Part shown: positions 29,402 through 39,827 of the stretch, one piece after another | Numbering within the stretch: position 1 is the first letter of the stretch | How the letters are laid out: each line of letters opens with the position of its first letter | Program-made: the position numbers and the translations under genes | Source: Candidatus Doudnabacteria bacterium | GTDB taxonomy: Bacteria > Patescibacteriota > Doudnabacteria > UBA920 | NCBI GenBank assembly: GCA_963837465.1 | Contig: CAWINB010000001.1 | Coordinates: 629,646-693,645, forward strand | DNA length: 64,000 nt | Reading direction: 5' to 3' | The notes under the pieces: generated by a model | Told to the model about the DNA's origin: nothing | The model's database searches: none | Seen by the model: only the letters and a program-made list of their open reading frames with translations

Positions 29402-29812
29402 TTAAAAATTTGGCAGCTCCTGCCAGGAAATTAAGGATGAATCCGAAGCGGTAATTACCATCTGTAAATTGGTCGCGGCGCGGGCGTATTGAGCCTGGAC
29501 CTGGATGGTAATCTGACCCGGCTGCGGCGAGTCTTGTTGTACCGACAAAATAGCGCACGAATCACTGCCGATGCTGACGGAACCGGTTAGGCTGCCGCCG
29601 GCTCCTTGCGCCAAACGGACGCGGGCCTCGTCCAGGCAACCGCGCGCCAGATTAAAACTTTGGGTCTTGGCCTGGCCATCCAGCAAATCAAAACGCGAAA
29701 AAAACACCAGCGCGCTGACTGAAGCGGCAATTACCACAAGCAGCGCGCAAATAACCAGCGCGGATATCAAGGCCATAAAACCGGATTGGGAATTACTTTT
29801 GCTGGAACTCAT
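29402..29812 (-). CDS. Pilin-like protein with hydrophobic N-terminal helix (minor pseudopilin, ComGG-like position)
   Basis: 136 aa. N-terminal GFMALISALVICALLVVIAASV. It is the last gene of the pseudopilin operon. Confidence 0.45.
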   Translation of the reverse strand: MSSSKSNSQSGFMALISALVICALLVVIAASVSALVFFSRFDLLDGQAKTQSFNLARGCLDEARVRLAQGAGGSLTGSVSIGSDSCAILSVQQDSPQPGQITIQVQAQYARAATNLQMVITASDSSLISWQELPNF

Positions 29813-29818
29813 TTTAAA

Positions 29819-30307
29819 TTATTTCCATAAATAATCCGTGGCCGTAAAATCCCGGCTCAAAGTTAAACCGCCGGCCGCCGCCGACTTTAGGGTAAAGCCA
29901 AAATCCACGCCCCCGGGCCGGCCGGCCGAAGCGGGAATATCCAAAAAATACAGGCTGGAAACAATAACACTGCTGCTGTTTAAAACTTCCGGCGGAGCAG
30001 CGCCTTCCGCCAGGCTTAAGCTGGCGCCTGTTAAATCAAACACCAGGGGATTTGAAGCAGAATCATATTTGCCGATGGACAGCCGGGATGAAGTCGCGGT
30101 AACGGAAAACGCGCCGGACATTGCCCAGTTAAATTTGGCCAGAATAAAATCCCCTTCTTCCTGCAAAAAACTTTGGCTTTGCGAGCGGCCGGAACTTTGA
30201 ATGATAACTCCCGCCGCTCCGAAAGCGCCGCCTAAAATTACGGCGAAAAGCGCCAGGTAAATTAAAACTTCCATGAGCGTGAATCCTGAAATATTTTTAT
30301 AATTCAT
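29819..30307 (-). CDS. Prepilin-type N-terminal cleavage/methylation domain pseudopilin
   Basis: 162 aa. The GFTLMEVLIYLALFAVILG class-III signal motif. Confidence 0.65.
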   Translation of the reverse strand: MNYKNISGFTLMEVLIYLALFAVILGGAFGAAGVIIQSSGRSQSQSFLQEEGDFILAKFNWAMSGAFSVTATSSRLSIGKYDSASNPLVFDLTGASLSLAEGAAPPEVLNSSSVIVSSLYFLDIPASAGRPGGVDFGFTLKSAAAGGLTLSRDFTATDYLWK

Positions 30308-31746
30308 GGCCCGGCGCTGATTATGGATAAGCTTGATTTGCCGACCGCCGAAACCGAAGCGGCTAAAAGATAATTGCCCTCGCAGGCCAGGGCCGTGCCG
30401 GTGTTGCCGGCCGGCAAAGACAGCGCCGGGGCGTAATTGCTTATGGACAAAGGGTTGTCAACGCGCAAAATTTGCAGCTGGTTGTCGGTCAGCAAAAAAG
30501 CCAGGTAGTCCCGCGCCGCCAGGCCGTCTACGGTTGTGTTGTTGCCGGAGCCGAGGTCCAGGTGACCAAGTTCGCTTATGGACGAAGCGGCGGCAACGTT
30601 TAAAATATAAAATTCATTATTGCCAAAAGTCCGCCCCAAATACAAAGTCTGCCCGACCATGGCCAGGCTTTTGCCGTGCAAACCCCCGCTGGCGTTAAAG
30701 TCTCCGAACGGTTGCATGTTGGCCGACAAATTGCCGGGGCTGACATCAACAGCCAAAACATCATCGGCATTGGGACTGGCGATATAGGCGGCGCTGCCTC
30801 TGACGTAAATATCGTTAACGGCATTACCTACAGCCAGGCCGCCTTTCCAGAGAGGAGCCAGGACATTGGAAACATCTATAATATTAAATTCGGGGCCGGA
30901 AACGGTTTTGGCCAGTCCCAAATAAACATAACCGCCCTGGTAAAACACGCTTCTGCCTATCCCCTGGCTGCTGGAACCGGCTACAATGCTTGATGGAATT
31001 TTGTAAGTAGTGATGACTTTGGGCGGCGTTTGGCTGACATCCACAATTTGCAGCTGGCCTTTGGTAAAACTGCTGGCGCTGGCCACGTAGGCGTATTTGC
31101 CGGCCACAAAAATTCCATTCAGCCCGGTGTCGTCCGCCGGATCGTTATCCAATTTGCCGATTAGCGATGGAGCCTGGGGATTACTGACATCAAAAATAAA
31201 AAATGTCTCCTTGTTGCTGGCGCTGTTGCTGGCTGTGGCGTAAAGTTTTTTCTGGTAAGCATAAAGTCCGGTCACCGCGTAACTGCCGGACGGATCCCCG
31301 ACTGCCTGGGCAAAATCCAGGCTACTGATTCGCGGATGCTGCCAGTCGCCCGACAGCACGGACGCGCAGTCAGAAGCAGTTTGCGCGTTTTGCCAGTTGG
31401 AAATGAGCGTGGAAAACGATTGGGTTAAATTTTGGCCGCCGCTTTGCCAGGTTAAATTGGCGCTGACTTGCTTGGTGTAAATATCGGGCATTTGCACACC
31501 GAGACTTTGCTTGTAAATGCCGTTGGTGGTAGTGGCCAGCGGATTTACAAGGTTAAAGTCTTCGGCCGCGGACGCGCGGGCCGATTCCAGCATGGACCGC
31601 GCCAGGCTCTGCGCCTGGGCGTCGTTCTGGCCGGAAAGCAGAGCAGCCTGGGCGCTAAATACAAAAGCAGCCGCGGCGCTCAGCCCCAGCGCCAAAACCG
31701 CCAGAGCTATCAGCATTTCCAAAGTTATAAATCCGCGGATATTCAT
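30304..31746 (-). CDS. Prepilin-type pseudopilin fused to an LVIVD-repeat beta-propeller domain (putative pilus tip or adhesin subunit)
   Basis: 480 aa. N-terminal GFITLEMLIALAVLALG. Repeated ...YAYVAS...LQIVDVS, YVYLG...FNIIDVSN, AAYIAS...LAVDVS and TLYLG...FYILNV units fit the LVIVD repeat. Confidence 0.6.
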   Translation of the reverse strand: MNIRGFITLEMLIALAVLALGLSAAAAFVFSAQAALLSGQNDAQAQSLARSMLESARASAAEDFNLVNPLATTTNGIYKQSLGVQMPDIYTKQVSANLTWQSGGQNLTQSFSTLISNWQNAQTASDCASVLSGDWQHPRISSLDFAQAVGDPSGSYAVTGLYAYQKKLYATASNSASNKETFFIFDVSNPQAPSLIGKLDNDPADDTGLNGIFVAGKYAYVASASSFTKGQLQIVDVSQTPPKVITTYKIPSSIVAGSSSQGIGRSVFYQGGYVYLGLAKTVSGPEFNIIDVSNVLAPLWKGGLAVGNAVNDIYVRGSAAYIASPNADDVLAVDVSPGNLSANMQPFGDFNASGGLHGKSLAMVGQTLYLGRTFGNNEFYILNVAAASSISELGHLDLGSGNNTTVDGLAARDYLAFLLTDNQLQILRVDNPLSISNYAPALSLPAGNTGTALACEGNYLLAASVSAVGKSSLSIISAGP

Positions 31747-31757
31747 TGAGAGCCTGT

Positions 31758-32219
31758 TTAGGGAGAATTAATCTGCCCTTCCCGGTTAATGCCAATTACA
31801 ACCGGGGCGTGGGCGTGGTCATCCATAATAATATTTCCGATATTGCCGCTCGCGCCGCTTAGCTGGCTAAAGACAACCTCGCTCAAACCGCTGAGCGCGT
31901 AGCCGCCGTTTCCGGGAAAGATAATGTCCTGGGCCGGATCACGAGCCGAGAAACTCAGGCCCTCAAACAGAATATACCGCGTTGGCTGCCGGTTAATGTA
32001 AACACCGTGCGGCTTCTGGTCTATGTTGTTAACGGATTGGCTGCGGGCTTTTTGCAAAAGTCCGACCAGCAAATTTTGTTCGGAAAAAAAACTGTAGGCG
32101 CGGTAATCGTCAAAACTCATCGCCAAAGCCAGTCCGGCGAGCATGGTTAACAGGCTCAGGGAGACAATTATTTCCACTAAAGTAAAACCCTGATTTTTTT
32201 CTTTGAAAACAAACAGCAT
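31758..32219 (-). CDS. Type IV pilin/pseudopilin (major-pilin candidate of the comG-like operon)
   Basis: 153 aa. N-terminal QGFTLVEIIVSLSLLTMLAG prepilin motif. Confidence 0.65.
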   Translation of the reverse strand: MLFVFKEKNQGFTLVEIIVSLSLLTMLAGLALAMSFDDYRAYSFFSEQNLLVGLLQKARSQSVNNIDQKPHGVYINRQPTRYILFEGLSFSARDPAQDIIFPGNGGYALSGLSEVVFSQLSGASGNIGNIIMDDHAHAPVVIGINREGQINSP

Positions 32220-32441
32220 AAATCTTAAAATCTATTTTAAAAATACTTTTTAAACGGACTATGCCGGTTTATATAACAGAAGATGGAGAACACAGATTTA
32301 AAACAGATGAACACGGATGACTGTGCGCGCTATCCGGGTTCTCCGTTTGTCCGCTCCGTGTTAATCCGTTTCCAAAAATTTGTCCCCCGCTGTTCCTGTT
32401 ACTAACTCCCCTAATTTTTCCGGCCACGTGATTATAAAAGA

Positions 32442-33563
32442 CTAAGGGTGAAGATTTTGGGTAATGCCGTAAATGGGCATAATTATAGACACGGCCACAA
32501 ACCCGACTATTAATCCCATAAATATCATCAACACCGGTTCAATGACCGTGGACAGATTTTTGGTTAAATCCCCCAGTTCGTCTTCGTACATAGCCGACAA
32601 ATACAGCAGCCCCGAACTCAGACTGCCGGCTGTTTCGCCCACGCTGATCATTTGCGCCATAACGGACGGGAAAATTTTGGGATGCTCCAGCATATGCGCC
32701 GACAGCTTCTGGCCTTTTAAAATTTTATCGGCCAATATCAGCAGGTGGTTTTTATAAACCTGGTTCTGCGCCGCGCCCGCCGCGATGCGCGCCGCCTCCT
32801 CCAGCCGCACATCGCTTTTAAGCAGCAGCCCCAAAGTCCGGCAAAAATTGGCCAGACAATAGCTTTGCAGCATCCGGCCCAAAAAAGGCAGACGCAAAAC
32901 CAACCGGTCAAAACGTCGTTTTACGTAACTTTTCCGAAGCAGGAACCCGGCGGCAAAAAAAGCCGCGGCCAGGGAAATTAAAATATACGGCCAGCGGCCG
33001 GAAATAAAATTGCTGATAAAAATCAGCGCCCGGGTGGACAAGGGCAGGCGGGTGCTAAAACTTTGAAAAATCGGCAGAATCTTTGGCAGCACATAAACCG
33101 CCAGCAGCCCGGCAATGCCAAATGTCGCAACCACTATCACCGCCGGATAAACCAGGGCGGAAACAACCTTCCTTTTCAGCTCCCGGTTCTTTTTCAGTTC
33201 TTCGGCCAGATAGCTGAGGTTTTCGCCCAAGGTGCCGCTGACTTCGCCGATTCGCACAATATTAAGGGCAAAGCCGCCGAACACGGACGGGAACTTGGAC
33301 ATGGCCGATGATAAAAACTGGCCGTTGTTGACTTCGGCGACAATGGACCGCAGAATCCGCCCGCTGGCCCTGGAGCCGGATTGAGCCGCCATCATTGTCA
33401 GCGCCTGGACAATAGGCGCCCCGGCCTCTATAAGCACAGCCAGGCGTTTGGCGAATAAAATCCGTTCCTGGGAATTAAGGCGCAAAAAATATTTATCCAG
33501 CAATTGATCACGGACCAAAAAAATATTTTTGAGCCGGACGAAAAAAAATTGTTTTTTAATCAT
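32442..33563 (-). CDS. GspF/PilC-family platform protein (second copy; ComGB-like)
   Basis: 373 aa. Two GspF repeats (LAVLIEAGAPIVQAL...; ...SVMAQMISVGETAGSL) and three TM segments. Confidence 0.8.
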   Translation of the reverse strand: MIKKQFFFVRLKNIFLVRDQLLDKYFLRLNSQERILFAKRLAVLIEAGAPIVQALTMMAAQSGSRASGRILRSIVAEVNNGQFLSSAMSKFPSVFGGFALNIVRIGEVSGTLGENLSYLAEELKKNRELKRKVVSALVYPAVIVVATFGIAGLLAVYVLPKILPIFQSFSTRLPLSTRALIFISNFISGRWPYILISLAAAFFAAGFLLRKSYVKRRFDRLVLRLPFLGRMLQSYCLANFCRTLGLLLKSDVRLEEAARIAAGAAQNQVYKNHLLILADKILKGQKLSAHMLEHPKIFPSVMAQMISVGETAGSLSSGLLYLSAMYEDELGDLTKNLSTVIEPVLMIFMGLIVGFVAVSIIMPIYGITQNLHP

Positions 33564-34761
33564 AGGATATCCTCAGAACTTCTTCCAAAGTAGTCAGTCC
33601 GGCCGCGGCTTTGGCCAAACCGTCTTCGGCTAAAACTGCCATACCGGCTTGCCTGGCCAATCCGCTTACGCGCTCAGCCGAAGCTTTTTCCAGCAATGCC
33701 CCGCGAATGGCCGCGTCAGGCGGCAAAACTTCGTGGATGCCCAGACGGCCCAGGTATCCGCTTTGGCCGCAGGCTCCGCAACCCGCGCCTTTGTAAAAAT
33801 CCCCGGCTGTTTCCATGGGCAAAGTTTTACGCAAGCTCGCCAGCGCCGCCTTGCTTATTTGGGTTTTAGTTTTACAATTTTCACAAATTTTTCTGGCCAG
33901 ACGCTGGCCGATAACCAAACTTAAAGTGGAACTCAGCAGATAAGGCTCCACTTTCATATCCAGCATCCGCGGCAGGGTGGAGGCGGCGTCATTGGTATGC
34001 AGGGTGGACAGCACCAGGTGGCCGGTTAAGGCCGTGTTCACGGCCAGGGCTGCCGTATCGCTGTCGCGGATTTCGCCGACCATGATAATGTTGGGATCCT
34101 GCCTTAAGATACTGCGCAGGCCGTTGGCGAATGTTAAGCCGGTTTTGGGATTAACCTGAATTTGCTCAATGCCGGAAATCGCGTACTCAATCGGGTCCTC
34201 CACGGTAATAATGGCCGCCTCTTTGGTATTTAACTGTTTAATTAAAGTATATAAAGTCGTGGTTTTGCCCGAGCCGGTGGGACCGGTGATTAAAATTAAG
34301 CCGTGCGGCCGGCGCAGGGCGTTTTGGATTTTTAGCAGATTGCCTTCCGAAAAACCCAAGCTACCCAAACCAAAATCCTCGGCCTTGTCGCCAAGCAACC
34401 GCAGCACCGCGTTTTCGCCGTAGTAAGTCGGGGCCACGGACACGCGCACGTCCACGGGCTGGCCCGTGCTGAGGTTAAGCCGGAAACGTCCATCCTGCGC
34501 GGCCTGATGTTCGTCGGTGCGCAAACCCGCCAAAATTTTAATCCGGCTGATAATGCCGCTTTGCATTTGCCTGGGGCAAAAATGCGCGTCCCTGAGCACT
34601 CCGTCCACGCGGTAGCGGACGCGGATATCATTATTTTGGGGATGAAAGTGCACGTCCGAAGCGCGCGAAACATAGGCCTCGCAAATCAGCTCCTGCACCA
34701 AATTGATCATGGAAGCGCCATCCCCTTTTGCCAATTCCTCCTTAATTTTGTCTTGAGCCAT
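33556..34761 (-). CDS. GspE/PilB-family secretion ATPase lacking the N1 domain (ComGA-like)
   Basis: 401 aa. GPTGSGKTTTLYT, VEDPIEY, GEIRD, TLHTN, and the tetracysteine CENC...CGACGQSGYLGR. Confidence 0.85.
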   Translation of the reverse strand: MAQDKIKEELAKGDGASMINLVQELICEAYVSRASDVHFHPQNNDIRVRYRVDGVLRDAHFCPRQMQSGIISRIKILAGLRTDEHQAAQDGRFRLNLSTGQPVDVRVSVAPTYYGENAVLRLLGDKAEDFGLGSLGFSEGNLLKIQNALRRPHGLILITGPTGSGKTTTLYTLIKQLNTKEAAIITVEDPIEYAISGIEQIQVNPKTGLTFANGLRSILRQDPNIIMVGEIRDSDTAALAVNTALTGHLVLSTLHTNDAASTLPRMLDMKVEPYLLSSTLSLVIGQRLARKICENCKTKTQISKAALASLRKTLPMETAGDFYKGAGCGACGQSGYLGRLGIHEVLPPDAAIRGALLEKASAERVSGLARQAGMAVLAEDGLAKAAAGLTTLEEVLRISYD

Positions 34762-35204
34762 TATTTGATTTCTTAATTGGTCTTAATTAAAAGCTTTATT
34801 TTATCCTATCATATCCAAAAAACCTTGTAAAGTAAGCCAACAATAAAAAAATCCTTTAATTTTTAAAGGATTTTAATCGGCCCTAAAACCAATCTGTATT
34901 TTTTTCCCGCGCGGATTCTTCAGCTTTTTAAATTCTTTTACAACCTTTTTATCCAAACTTTTAATTTCGTCGTACCGCCAAATTTAAATTACCGGTCGTG
35001 ACTTGGTACAACTGACACTTTGTCTCTACCCTTTTATAGTATACGATTGTTCACCTTTTATCAAGATGGCAATTGTGGATAAGCTTAAGGTTAACGCCTT
35101 ATAAGGGTCTTTTTGAAAAGAATATTTTTTGTTCATTTTATTTTGCATTCTTTGATTATGTTCAAATTTGAAACCCAAAAAGGTTCCTGGCACCTTTTTT
35201 GTTC

Positions 35205-35582
35205 CTATTTTTGCATATCCGTCAGCAGTTGCTCAAAGTGCTTGAGCGCTTCGGGAAGTTGGGCGTAAACTTTTTCAGCGACGGGTTCTCTATAAGTATG
35301 AACGGCTTCATTCCGCAGATCGGCTAAATCCAGCCAATAATTATCAAAGGCCATGACACCCTTGTTGTAGGCTTCGCGAAAAGTATCTTTTGGCGATTTA
35401 CTAATGACACCTTTACGTTCTTCCAAAAAAGTTTTTAAAGTTTTCCAGGCTACGTCAAAAGTAAATTCAAACCGCTTAATGGCCGAATCGCGGATGAATT
35501 CATTTTTTTCCTGCTGTAAAACCTCGTTCAGCCGCTGAACGGCTTTGGAAAAATCACTAAGCGATGATTCTAATTTAGACAT
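35205..35582 (-). CDS. HepT/HI0074-family nucleotidyltransferase-substrate-binding toxin component
   Basis: Likely start MSKLESSL at 35582 (the ORF track extends to 35651). IRDSAIKRFEFTFDVAWKTLKTFLEERKG is typical of the HI0074 family. Confidence 0.65.
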   Translation of the reverse strand: MSKLESSLSDFSKAVQRLNEVLQQEKNEFIRDSAIKRFEFTFDVAWKTLKTFLEERKGVISKSPKDTFREAYNKGVMAFDNYWLDLADLRNEAVHTYREPVAEKVYAQLPEALKHFEQLLTDMQK

Positions 35583-35586
35583 AATT

Positions 35587-35898
35587 TTAGATGCTAATAA
35601 TTTCGGTTTTTGCTTTCGCGGTTTGCCGAAAACTGTCCGAAACGTCGGCAAAATCGACTACATCAATTTTATAAAGCGTGCGAAGATCTTCCAGGTCTTC
35701 ACGAATTTGGGAGATTTTGCTTAAGCCCACCGGCTCCTCGCCTTCAATACCAACGTCAATATCGGAATACTGGTCGCCGCGTCCCGTGACCCGCGAGCCG
35801 AAGAAAAAAACCTGGTGGGTTTTTAAGTCCACATATTTGGCGATAATCTCCAAAATTTTCGCCTTTAGCTCGGCTAAATTTTCATGCTCCAGTCTCAT
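35587..35898 (-). CDS. MNT-family minimal nucleotidyltransferase (antitoxin partner of HepT)
   Basis: 103 aa. FFFGSRVTGRGDQYSDIDVGIEG is the GS-X9-13-DxD nucleotidyltransferase motif. Its stop is 5 bp upstream of the HepT start. Confidence 0.7.
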   Translation of the reverse strand: MRLEHENLAELKAKILEIIAKYVDLKTHQVFFFGSRVTGRGDQYSDIDVGIEGEEPVGLSKISQIREDLEDLRTLYKIDVVDFADVSDSFRQTAKAKTEIISI

Positions 35899-35905
35899 AA
35901 GAATA

Positions 35906-38813
35906 TTATAACACCTTTTTTAAATACTGCCCGGTGTAACTGGCTTTAACTTTCGCCACGTCCTCCGGCGTGCCGGCGGCGACGAGCTGGCCGCCTTTGT
36001 CGCCGCCTTCGGGACCGAGGTCTATTAGCCAGTCCGCGGTTTTTATCATATCCAGGTTGTGTTCAATAACCACAACTGTATTGCCTTTGTCCACCAGTTT
36101 ATTTAAGACCTGCACCAGGCGCTTAACATCGGCAAAGTGAAGGCCCGTGGTCGGCTCATCAAGCAAATACAAAGTGCGGCCGGTGGAAGTGCGGGACAAT
36201 TCCGTGGCCAGTTTAATTCTCTGCGCTTCACCGCCGGAAACCGTGGTGGCGTTTTGCCCAAGGCGCATATAACCCAAACCTACTTGCGAGAGTGTTTCCA
36301 GTTTTTTGTGGATCATCGGCAGGTTGGCGAAAAATATTTTGGCTTCGTCTACGGTCATTTCCAAAACATCGGAAATGGTTTTGTCTTTGTAATGGATTTC
36401 CAGAGCCTGCTGGTTGTAGCGTTTGCCGTGGCATTCTTCGCAGGTAATGTAAACGTCCGGCAAAAAATTCATTTCCACTTTAATGACGCCGTCGCCCGCG
36501 CACTTTTCGCAGCGGCCGCCTTTTACGTTAAAACTAAAGCGTCCGGCCCGGTAGCCGCGCATGCGCGCTTCTTTGGTGTCCGCAAATAAATCGCGGATGG
36601 GAGTGAACAAGCCGGTGTAAGTGGCCGGATTGCTGCGCGGGGTGCGGCCGATCGGCGACTGGTCTATGTTTATGATTTTGTCTATGTGTTCAATGCCGGT
36701 AATTTTTTTATGTTTGCCCGGCTGTTCCTTGCTGTTGTAAAAATATTTGGACAGCGCCGTGGCTAAAATATCATGAAAAAGCGTGGATTTGCCGCTGCCG
36801 GAAACGCCGGTCACGCAGACAAATTTACCCAGCGGAATGTCCACGTTAATATCCTTTAAGTTAAACTCCTCGGCGCCTAAAATTGACAGCTTCCTGCCGT
36901 TGCCCGGACGGCGACGCTTGGGAATTTCCACAAATTCCTTGCCCGAAAGATACTGTCCGGTAATGGATTTCGGGTCTTTTTCAATGGCCTTGGGCGTGCC
37001 CTGCGCCACCAATTCCCCGCCATGCTTGCCGGCTCCGGGGCCAATATCCACCACCCAATCAGCCTCGCGGATGGTTTCTTCATCGTGCTCCACCACAATT
37101 ACCGTATTACCCAAATCCCTTAAATCTTTTAAAGTTTGGAGCAGGCGGCTGTTGTCGCGCTGATGCAAACCAATAGAGGGCTCGTCTAATATATAGAGGA
37201 CGCCGGTTAGGCCGGAGCCGATTTGCGTGGCCAGGCGGATGCGCTGAGCTTCGCCGCCGCTTAAAGTGTCCGCCGCCCTGTCTAAAGATAAATAAGAAAG
37301 TCCCACGTTCAGCAAAAACGACAGGCGCGCGTTGATTTCCTTAAGCACCTGTTTGGCAATGGCCAAATCTCTCTGGTTTAAATTTTTTGCTAAAAATTTA
37401 AAATAATCCGACGCAAGCTCTATATTCATCGCCGACACGTCAACAATCCCTTTGCCGCCCACAGTGACGGCCAGGACTTCGGCCTTAAGGCGCTTTCCAA
37501 GGCATTCCGGGCAGCGCCTTACGCGCATATAGTTTTCAATTTCACCGCGCATGTATTCGGAATCGGTTTCGCCGTAGCGGCGTTCCAGGTTGGGAACCAC
37601 GCCTTCAAAAGCCGTGTTCATTTCAAACTCGCCTTCACCCGAGCGGAATTCGCCGGAGACCCGGATTTTTTTATCGCCCGTGCCGTACAAAATTATATCA
37701 ATATATTTTTTGGGAAATCTTAAACCGGCGTGTTCAGGGAAAAACCGTACTCCTTGGCCACGGCCTGCAAAATTCTGCTGTACCACGACAGTCGCGAGGT
37801 GGTTTTGCTCCAGGGACGGATGGCGCCTTCGGCCAAAGTCAGTCTCTGGTTGGGCATAACCAAATCCGGCTCCACGGTCAATTTGTGGCCAAGACCCTTG
37901 CATTCCGGACAGGCGCCGTGCGGGCTGTTGAAACTAAAATCCCTCGGATCCAGCTCCGCCAGTTGCATATGGCCGTCGGGACAGGCGAATTTTTGGGAAA
38001 GGACAATATCCTGCGCGCTGTAGCGGCATGCCTGGGCGTGCCGTCTTTGGAAGGCGCGCCAGGGCGTGCCTCTGCATTATTTTTATCATCAAAAGGCAAA
38101 GCCATGGCAATCCCGTCCCCCAAATCCAAAGCCTTTTCCAAACTTTCCGACAGCCTGCCTTTATCGGCCGGGTCAATGACCAGGCGGTCCACCACTACAT
38201 CTATAGAATGTTTTTTCTGTTTGTCCAAATTTACGTTTTGGGCTTCGTTTAAATCCATAACCGTGCCGTCCAAACGCACGCGGGCGAAACCGGCTTTTTT
38301 TATCTGCTCAAAAATAACTTTATGCTCGCCTTTTTGGTCTTTAATGAACGGCGCCAGCAAAATAATCCTGCTGCCGGGTTTAAGCGACAATAGCTGTTCC
38401 ACCATGGCGGCAATGGTCTGTCCCTGGATTTTTTTGCCGCAAACCGGACAGTGCGGCTGGCCGATGCGCGCCCAAAGCAGACGCATATAATCGTAAATTT
38501 CGGTTACGGTGCCGACGGTGGAACGCGGGTTGTGGCTGGCGGATTTTTGGTCGATGCTGATGGCCGGAGATAATCCTTCTATTTTATCCACGTCCGGCTT
38601 GTCCATTAGGCCAATAAACTGGCGGGCGTAGGCGGACAGGGATTCCACATACCGGCGCTGGCCCTCGGCGTAAATAGTATCAAACGCCAAAGACGACTTG
38701 CCGCTGCCGGACAAGCCTGTCATTACAATCAGTTTATTCCGCGGCAAATCCACATCCAAATTCTTTAAATTGTGCTGCCGCGCCCCGCGGATGGAAATAA
38801 TGTCTTTAGGCAT
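35906..38813 (-). pseudogene. uvrA: Excinuclease ABC subunit A (uvrA) split over three reading frames by at least two frameshifts
   Basis: Frame a (37878..38813) is correct from [19 protein letters not shown]...[23 protein letters not shown] up to ...[21 protein letters not shown]. Frame b (37720..37968) carries ...[20 protein letters not shown].... Frame c (35906..37903) is correct from about [18 protein letters not shown]... onward and includes the second ABC module ([36 protein letters not shown]). The junctions are near 38030-38100 and 37720-37740. Confidence 0.75.
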
Positions 38814-38976
38814 AAAGCTACAGAACTACAAAAAAATAATCACACTACAGAAAACTACGGAATAACTGCAGTCCCTTTTGTAGGCATCTGTAGTGTTCCC
38901 ATTGCAGTTTTTTGTAGTCACAAACTGGTAAAAATTGTATCACGTCTGTCAAGAGAGGGCAAGGGGTATGGCAGAA

Positions 38977-39006
38977 CAATTGACGATTAACAATTAACAA
39001 TTGACT
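38977..39006. promoter_or_regulatory. Conserved 22-mer caattgacgattaacaattaac (followed by aattgac) upstream of uvrA, identical to the motif at 2669-2690
   Basis: Exact string match between two loci 36 kb apart. Both are 5' of minus-strand genes. Confidence 0.6.
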
Positions 39007-39072
39007 TTAGCTGCCCACGATGCTGGGTAAAAGAAAAGGCCGGGCGCTAAACCTAGCCAAAATCAGCTAAAT

Positions 39073-39645
39073 TTAGCGCTCGGCGCTGGTATGAACTCCG
39101 GTTTGCCGGGCTTGTAGGAGCCAGTGAAGCACTCTGGGTGCCGACAAGCAAAGCGAATAAGAAACGTAGACCGCTGCGGCAACCAAAAATAAGCCGAAGC
39201 ATACGTACGCGGGCGTTAAGCCCGCAGGTTTTTTATTCGCACACCTCCTTAATTGCCTTTTCACTTCATCTAATTCTTTGTTTTTCAGAGGGAACACTGT
39301 CTTGGCTAGATCAAGCACCCAACCCCACAGGACCAAACCTATGGGAAAGGCGATGATTAAAATCAGGGCAAATACTTGTACCCTGACCCTCTGGCAGGCG
39401 GTTCGCACTTTATACGCCGCCCACTGCTCTCTTCTCCACCAGGCAATGACGCGAAGAAGAATTAAGACAAAAACAAGTACAGCAGAAAACCACTCCGCCG
39501 CCTGGAAACTCCCCAACACCTGGGGAGGGTGCTTCCAATCCGATAGCGTCATCGTCCTCCTTACCCGCACCCAAAAGTGCAGTCCGCATTCAGCACAGGG
39601 GCTGGATGTACCTGCTGGCCAGCGGCGAAAGCCACAGATAGCCAC
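39073..39645 (-). CDS. Hypothetical small membrane protein (start uncertain, likely internal at MTLSDWKHPP)
   Basis: GC-rich ORF with two or three hydrophobic segments. It overlaps an alternative 68 aa ORF at 39561..39767. The coding call is weak. Confidence 0.25.
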   Translation of the reverse strand: MAICGFRRWPAGTSSPCAECGLHFWVRVRRTMTLSDWKHPPQVLGSFQAAEWFSAVLVFVLILLRVIAWWRREQWAAYKVRTACQRVRVQVFALILIIAFPIGLVLWGWVLDLAKTVFPLKNKELDEVKRQLRRCANKKPAGLTPAYVCFGLFLVAAAVYVSYSLCLSAPRVLHWLLQARQTGVHTSAER

Positions 39646-39827
39646 AAGGCAATCGCCGCAACAACTATAAACCCGCCAAATACACTAAAAAAGAACCCAT
39701 CTTCTTCGTCCTCACAATCGTCATCCTCGGTCAAACCGAGAAACATCAAGTTGGAATTCATAACCACCTCCGCCCATAAATTAGCAATTTATAGACATCA
39801 AGTCAAACGACGGATATAATTGTATTT

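Noticed and set aside
39561-39767. 68 aa acidic and hydrophobic ORF overlapping the 39073..39645 ORF
   Set aside because: The GC-rich region yields long ORFs in several frames. Without homology neither can be confirmed, so only a single low-confidence feature is reported.
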